From positions 1 to 60,457 of the forward strand of contig NIVC01001507.1 of assembly GCA_002269645.1 (NCBI GenBank): 60,457 nt of DNA. Direction: 5' to 3'. This stretch comes from Macrostomum lignano. Its lineage: Eukaryota. The notes beneath the pieces are model-generated. The model searched no databases, had not been told where the DNA came from, and saw nothing but the letters and a program-made list of their open reading frames with translations. Each line of letters begins with the position of its first letter. The stretch's first letter is position 1. Made by a program: the position numbers and the translations under genes. Shown one piece after another: positions 54,401-60,457 of the stretch.

Positions 54401-57400
54401 CCTCAGGCATTCAGGCATCCTAACTCACTAACCAATCTTTACCAGCTCTGAAGGTAGGCGAAGGCCGCGACAATCTGTGGGCAAAAACGAAGGCAGCATT
54501 CCGGTACCTGTACGATCACCACCTGAAGGATTACGATTTCTTTCTCAAAGCGGACGACGACACCTACGCAGTGGTGGAGAATCTGCGCTACATGCTGCGC
54601 AACAGTGACCCGGACTCCGGCCTCTACGCCGGGCGTCGATTCAAGCCCTTCGTGAGACAGGGCTACATGTCCGGCGGGGCCGGCTACGTGCTGTCCAGAG
54701 AGGCTGTCAAACTGTTTATTGAGCGCGGCCTTCAAAGCAAAAGTTCCAAATGCAGTCCCCAGTCTGGCGGGGCTGAGGATGTTCAAGTTGGTGAGTTCCA
54801 TGTAAATTGACATTGAAAAGTTATTCAATATGCTAATGGATTATGCTTTAGTGACGCCCCAGCTCCAGGGGCGCCATTAACAGAGGTGCTATTATTAGAG
54901 GTAGAGGCCACATTATAAGAGGCGCCATTATCAGAGGCGCCATTATCAGAGGCGCCATTATCAGTGGCTCCATTATCAGTGGCGCTATATACAGAGGCGC
55001 CATTATCAGTGGCGCTATTACCAAAGGCGCCATTATCAGAGGCGCAATTATCAGAGGCGCTATTATTAAAGGTAGAGGCGCCATTACCAGAGGCGCTATT
55101 ACCAGAGGCGCCATTATCAGAGGCGCCATTATCAGAGGCGCCATTACCAAAGGTGCTATTATTAAAGGTATAGGCGCCATTATCAGAGGCGCTATTATTA
55201 AAGGTAGAGGCCCCATTATCAGAGGCGCCATTATCAGAGGCGCCATTATCAGAGGCGCCATTATCAGAGGCGCCATTACCAAAGGCGCTATTATTAAAGG
55301 TATAGGCGCCATTACCAGAGGCGCCATTATCAGAGGCGCCATTATCAGAGGCGCCATTACCAAAGGCGCTATTATTAAAGGTATAGGCGCCATTACCAGA
55401 GGCGCCATTATCAGAGGCGCCATTATCAGAGGCGCCATTACCAAAGGTGCTATTATTAAAGGTATAGGCGCCATTACCAGAGGCGCCATTACCAGAGGCG
55501 CCATTATCAGAGGCGCCATTATCAGAGGCGCCATTACCAAAGGTGCTATTATTAAAGGTATAGGCGCCATTACCAGAGGCGCCATTCTCAGAGACGCCAT
55601 TACCAGAGGCGCTATTATCAGAGGCGCCATTACCAAAGGTGCTATTATTAAAGGTATAGGCGCCATTACCAGAGGCGCCATTCTCAGAGACGCCATTACC
55701 AGAGGCGCTATTATCAGAGGCGCCATTACCAAAGGTGCTATTATTAAAGGTATAGGCGCCATTACCAGAGGCGCCATTCTCAGAGACGCCATTCTCAGAG
55801 ACGCCATTCTCAGAGACGCCATACACTCTTGGCATCGGATTGGAGGGGGGAAGGCAGCACGCATATCAGAGCCGCTCTTGAAAATGCAAACTATGCTACT
55901 ATTTGATCAGACTTTAAGTCCTACGTGTTGAAATCCGATAGCTCGCCCAACTGGTTTGGACTTGATGGACACGCCTTGTTCCTCCTTAACTTTTCGCAGG
56001 CTCCTGTCTGGAATCTGTCGGAGTTAAAGTTTTCGATTCCGTTGACGAGCTGGGTCGAGAACGATTCCACCCGTTCCCGCCCGAGAGCCACCTGCTGCCC
56101 AATGCCATACCCAAGGATAACTGGCTGTGGCATTACAACTATCATCCGCTGAAAACTGTTAGTGCATTTCCCTGTGTTTTTTCCTATTTGCTTTGATGCT
56201 CGCTTCTTTTGCTACCCTCCACCGCTTCTCTTGCTACCCTCCACCGCTTCTTTTGCTACCCTCCACCGCTTCTTTTGCTACCCTCCACCGCTTCTCTTGC
56301 TACCCTCCACCGCTTCTTTTGCTACCCTCCACCGCTTCTTTTGCTACCCTCCACCGCTTCTCTTGCTACCCTCCACCGCTTCTTTTGCTACCCTCCACCG
56401 CTTCTTTTGCTACCCTCCACCGCTTCTTTTGCTACCCTCCACCGCTTCTCTTGCTACCCTCCACCGCTTCTTTTGCTACCCTCCACCGCTTCTTTTGCTA
56501 CCCTCCACCCCTTCTCTTGCTACCCTCCACCCCTTCTCTTGCTACCCTCCGGTGCTTCTTTTGCTACCCTCCGAATCTCCTTTTGCTACCCTCCACCGCT
56601 TCTCTTGCTACCCTCCACCGCTTCTTTTGCTACCCTCCACCGCTTCTCTTGCTACCCTCCACCGCTTCTTTTGCTACCCTCCACCGCTTCTTTTGCTACC
56701 CTCCACCGCTTCTCTTGCTACCCTCCACCGCTTCTTTTGCTACCCTCCACCGCTTCTTTTGCTACCCTCCACCGCTTCTTTTGCTACCCTCCACCGCTTC
56801 TTTTGCTACCCTCCACCCCTTCTCTTGCTACCCTCCGGTGCTTCTTTTGCTAACCTCCGAATCTCCTTTTGCTACCCTCCACCGCTTCTCTTGCTACCCT
56901 CCACCCCTTCTCTTGCTACCCTCCGGTGCTTCTTTTGCTACCCTCCGAATCTCCTTTTGCTACCCTCCACCGCTTCTCTTGCTACCCTACACCCCTTCTC
57001 TTGCTACCCTACACCGCTTCTCTTGCTACCCTCCGGTGCTTCTTTTGCTAACCTCCGAATCTCCTTTTGCTACCCTCCACCGCTTCTCTTGCTACCCTCC
57101 ACCCCTTCTCTTGCTACCCTCCACCCCTTCTCTTGCTACCCTCCGGTGCTTCTTTTGCTACCCTCCACCGCTTCTCTTGCCACCCTCTCAGATCCTTCAG
57201 TGGCCAGCCAATGCCAGCGGCATACACTTGCGCAGAAATGGTTGAATTTCTTACACCGTCACTCCGCAGGGCCCCGACTGCTGCAGCGACACCACCGTCT
57301 CGTTTCACTACGTGAGTCCCCGACTGATGTACGCACTGGAGTTCTTCGTCTACCATCTGAAACCCTACGGCGTTATTCACGATTTTGAAACTGTGAAATC

Positions 57401-57473
57401 GTTTGTTCTGGCCGAGTTGAAGTCGCAGTTTGCTCAGGCTGGCCAAGCTGATGGCAAAGCCAAAAACACTTGA
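51442..57473 (+). CDS. C1GALT1: Core 1 glycoprotein-N-acetylgalactosamine 3-beta-galactosyltransferase (T-synthase, GT31), 395 aa
   Basis: Exons 51442-51600, 52833-53154, 54446-54790, 56000-56157, 57270-57473; GT-AG and phase-consistent (1188 nt). N-terminal type II TM; [56 protein letters not shown]...SFHYV. Confidence 0.95.
52015..52705. repeat. Intronic minisatellite, 17 bp unit (GAGGATCCATTCCCCAT)
   Basis: About 40 copies in C1GALT1 intron 1. Confidence 0.95.
53203..54397. repeat. Intronic minisatellite, 20 bp unit (AGGTG(C/T)ATTAGGGACTGTTC)
   Basis: About 59 almost perfect copies in C1GALT1 intron 2. Confidence 0.97.
54865..55825. repeat. Intronic minisatellite, 15 bp unit (GAGGCGCCATTATCA) with higher-order variants
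   Basis: Fills C1GALT1 intron 3. Confidence 0.95.
56200..57190. repeat. Intronic minisatellite, 22 bp pyrimidine-rich unit (CCCTCCACCGCTTCT(C/T)TTGCTA)
   Basis: About 45 copies in C1GALT1 intron 4. Confidence 0.95.
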
Positions 57474-57669
57474 ACCCTTTCTTACTGTTCTGCCTTCTGT
57501 ACATGTGTAGAAAAAGTTAACAGTGAGCAATTCTTACTTTGCTTATATTTGAATGCTTATTTAGATTTTCAGTAGTCTATCTCTGTTAAATTAGCGTCAT
57601 TTTGATACTCCGTTTTTGGTCTCAAAGTCCAAGTGCATACCGTGAAGTCATAACCTGTGACCCAAATTC

Positions 57670-57905
57670 CTAATCTATGCCCTGAAGTCCTAATCTATGC
57701 CCTGAAGTCCCACTGCATGTCCTGAGGTCCTAATCTATACTTCCCTGAACTTCCCTGAAGTCCCAATCTATACTTCCCTGAAGTCCCAATCTATACTTCC
57801 CTGAAGTCCCAATCTATACTTCCCTGAAGTCCCAATCTATACTTCCCTGAACTTCCCTGAAGTCCCAATCTATACTTCCCTGAAGTCCCAATCTATTCCC
57901 TGAAC
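57670..57905. repeat. Minisatellite, 23 bp unit (CTTCCCTGAAGTCCCAATCTATA)
   Basis: Tandem copies downstream of the C1GALT1 stop codon. Confidence 0.85.
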
Positions 57906-58494
57906 TGCCAGTGCATTCCCTGAAGTCTAGCCGAGTCGTTGACTGTTTGTTAAGATTCCATTTTATTGCTGGCTGTGCCCTGTGATCAGGCCACTCATTT
58001 ATTGGCCAGCTTCTGCGCGGCATCAACAAACCCGCTGGTCTGTAAACAAGTGGCCGGTGCTTCAATTCCCACGCATCGAACATTGGTGAATTGTGTTATT
58101 TTGTAAATTTTGCTTTACGAATCACGAAAATCATCGTATGAGTTATTTGCTTTTTTTAAAGTTAGAAAATTATTATCAATAGGAGACTTTTGACTAAAAA
58201 AATTCAAGAAGATGAATGCAGTTACTTTAGTTATATTACTACTGTTGTTTGTTCTAACCGCCTGTGTGATTTGCATTCAAATAATTTTATCTATTTCTTG
58301 TGTCTTATCCATTATTTGTTTTCATTAATATTTTCAATTAAAAATGATGCTAATTTTTATTGCGTTCTTTTAAGCAAAATAGACTCGACTTTCTTGATCT
58401 CTGAGACTCTTAGACTCTTGACAATAAAAACATGTATCTCATTTGTACTCTTGTAAATACTACCTGCCTTCTATATTGACACTCAAAAAATAAA

Positions 58495-58950
58495 TGTTAT
58501 GCTACAGCAGATGGGATAGATGCTACAGCATATGTATAGATGCTACAGCATATGGTATAGATGCTACAGCATATGGGATAGATGCTACAGCATATGGGAT
58601 AGATGCTACAGCATATGGATAGATGCTACAGCATATGGGATAGATGCTACAGCATATGGGATAGATGCTACAGCATATGGGATAGATGCTACAGCATATG
58701 GGATAGATGCTACAGCATATGGGATAGATGCTACAGCATATGGGATAGATGCTACAGCATATGGGATAGATGCTACAGCATATGGGATAGATGCTACAGC
58801 ATATGGGATAGATGCTACAGCATATGGGATAGATGCTACAGCATATGGGATAGATGCTACAGCATATGGTATAGATGCTACAGCATATGGGATAGATGCT
58901 ACAGCATATGGGATAGATGCTACAGCATATGGGATACATGCTACAGCATA
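58495..58950. repeat. Minisatellite, 21 bp unit (GGATAGATGCTACAGCATATG)
   Basis: About 21 copies. Confidence 0.95.
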
Positions 58951-59466
58951 TACCGCAGCTCATCAGTCAACTGCTTCAGTGTCAGCTCCAAGATTTCAAG
59001 AGAAGCTCGTAGGTGTTCAAAATTTGCTATTAAATAAAAGTTCAACAAACTTTGAATCTAACTTTGTACTTTAAAAAATAAAATGCATCAAATTAGCGGT
59101 GGCATGGTTATGTTTCGCCCATAGACAGAACAGAATTTTAAAACACGCAGCCGGGAGCCCCCATTTGGCCACAGACAAATTGCTGGGGTTCAGTCCGTGG
59201 AGCAGGTCGTGGGGCAGAGGATGATAATTCGCTCAGTAGCAGCCGGAATTACGCTAGCATACTGACGTGCAAATTAGCAGAGCTGATTTTATAAGCCAAG
59301 ACTACCGCACTGCAACACACTTGCATAGCAACTAATTAATAAGCTATTGTGGAGTACTTGCTGACTGCATTGTTCTCTTTAGTGAGCGAATATTAATCCA
59401 GGTAAGAAATAATTTATTAATAATAATAAGCAGATAGCCTCGTGCTTTATTGCCTTTCATTGTATT

Positions 59467-59467
<1 letters not shown>

Positions 59468-59507
<40 letters not shown>

Positions 59508-59572
59508 ATGTCTGTCTGTCTTCTCTGTCTGTCTGTCCGTCTGTCTGTCTGTCTCTCTCTGTCTGTCTGTCG

Positions 59573-59655
<83 letters not shown>
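59468..59655. repeat. (TCTG)n microsatellite
   Basis: Directly upstream of the vWA gene start. Confidence 0.95.
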
Positions 59656-59715
59656 CTGTTCCAGAGCATCCCATCCAATTCTGCTCACACCTCACAGACC
59701 AGCAGCCATCAAGCC

Positions 59716-60303
59716 ATGCCAAGCAGGCGCTGCTCACCGCGGAGGCTCCTGGGTTCAACCAGCTTGTCGCTGGCGCTGCTCGCGCTCCTCTGCTGCTCTG
59801 CAGCGAGCGGCGCCGATGACAAGGACGACAAGTGCACCAGCGCCTGACGTCGTGGTCTGCGTTGACGCGTCCTCGTCGTCGAATGCCGCGAGTTCGAAAA
59901 GCTGAAGCCATTCCTCCGCCAGCTGCCCAGCCGGTTCAAGGTGTCGCAGACGAAGACCCGAATGGCTCTGGTGACCTACGCCCCAGCACGCCCGTCTCGT
60001 GCTGGACTTTAATGACACGGGTGACGGCAGAGGACTTTGTGAACGCTGTGAACCGCTGGAGTTTGTGGCGCAAGACGGACTTCGAGGCCCCAGTGAAGCT
60101 GGTGTGGACCGGCTTTGCCCCAGCTGAGGCCGAAGCAAGCCATGTTCAACTTGATGTGGTGATGGACGGCCGACAGGAAGACATCCTGGACAAGTACCCG
60201 AGCCGAACGCTCTAAGCATGGCAAACGCCCGACAACACGTGTTCCGCCATGAAGATGAAGAGAATCGGATTTCACGTGATCGGCATCGGTAGTCCTGGCA
60301 CAG
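59716..60303 (+). pseudogene. Secreted vWA-domain protein, first exon, multiply frameshifted (pseudogene or assembly indels); runs off the window
   Basis: Signal peptide MPSRR...[15 protein letters not shown]; MIDAS DVVVCVDASSS; EFEKLKPFL; TRMALVTY; LVLDFN; GFHVIGIG; donor ACAG|GTGAG at 60303. At least four frame changes are needed. Confidence 0.65.
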
Positions 60304-60457
60304 GTGAGCAGAGTAGCAGATTTAACAGCAGACCAGACAGGGTTCGATTCCCCACAACTCCACGCTGCTCAGAATGAATGTGATCATGCCTGACAGAGTC
60401 GGTGCATATCAAAATCATTGTCATTGGTCCATATACTAGGCTACTAAGAGTAGAAAT

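Noticed and set aside
54825-55864. 336-aa antisense ORF with DNGAS repeats, resembling an ice-nucleation/adhesive repeat protein
   Set aside because: It lies wholly in a C1GALT1 intron, a 15-bp unit is trivially frame-preserving, a second frame is equally open, and there is no signal peptide or unique flank.
56162-57388. 408/350/214-aa plus-strand ORFs
   Set aside because: Products of the 22-bp pyrimidine array; the real exon starts at 57270 in another frame.

Overview
This is eukaryotic (metazoan) genomic DNA with GT-AG introns. GC-rich exons and minisatellite-filled introns suggest a flatworm such as Macrostomum lignano; that is inference from sequence style, not verified. I reconstructed six intact spliced or single-exon genes by hand, checking splice phases. 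They are a ClC-3/4/5-type Cl-/H+ exchanger (-), an atypical RERG/RASL-like small GTPase (-), a CAAX-ending complexin (+), an intronless ARL6IP1 (+), a METTL25B/RRNAD1 methyltransferase (+) and a C1GALT1 core-1 galactosyltransferase (+). A multiply frameshifted secreted vWA-domain gene starts at the right edge. Mobile DNA comprises a decayed 5'-truncated Ty3/Gypsy element with PPT and 3' LTR, three non-autonomous DNA transposons with perfect 8-bp TSDs, a foldback element, a tRNA-derived SINE, a mariner remnant and two LINE 3' fragments. The most striking feature is about 30 tandem arrays with 4-41 bp units. Every long intron of the four long-intron genes carries its own array, often within tens of bases of a splice site. 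Several units contain splice-signal mimics (YAG, or AG|GT), many contain palindromes, one family is shared between two genes 41 kb apart, and one array sits in-frame in coding sequence. Most long ORFs in the supplied track are artefacts of these repeats. Repeat boundaries are approximate and no database searches could be run.
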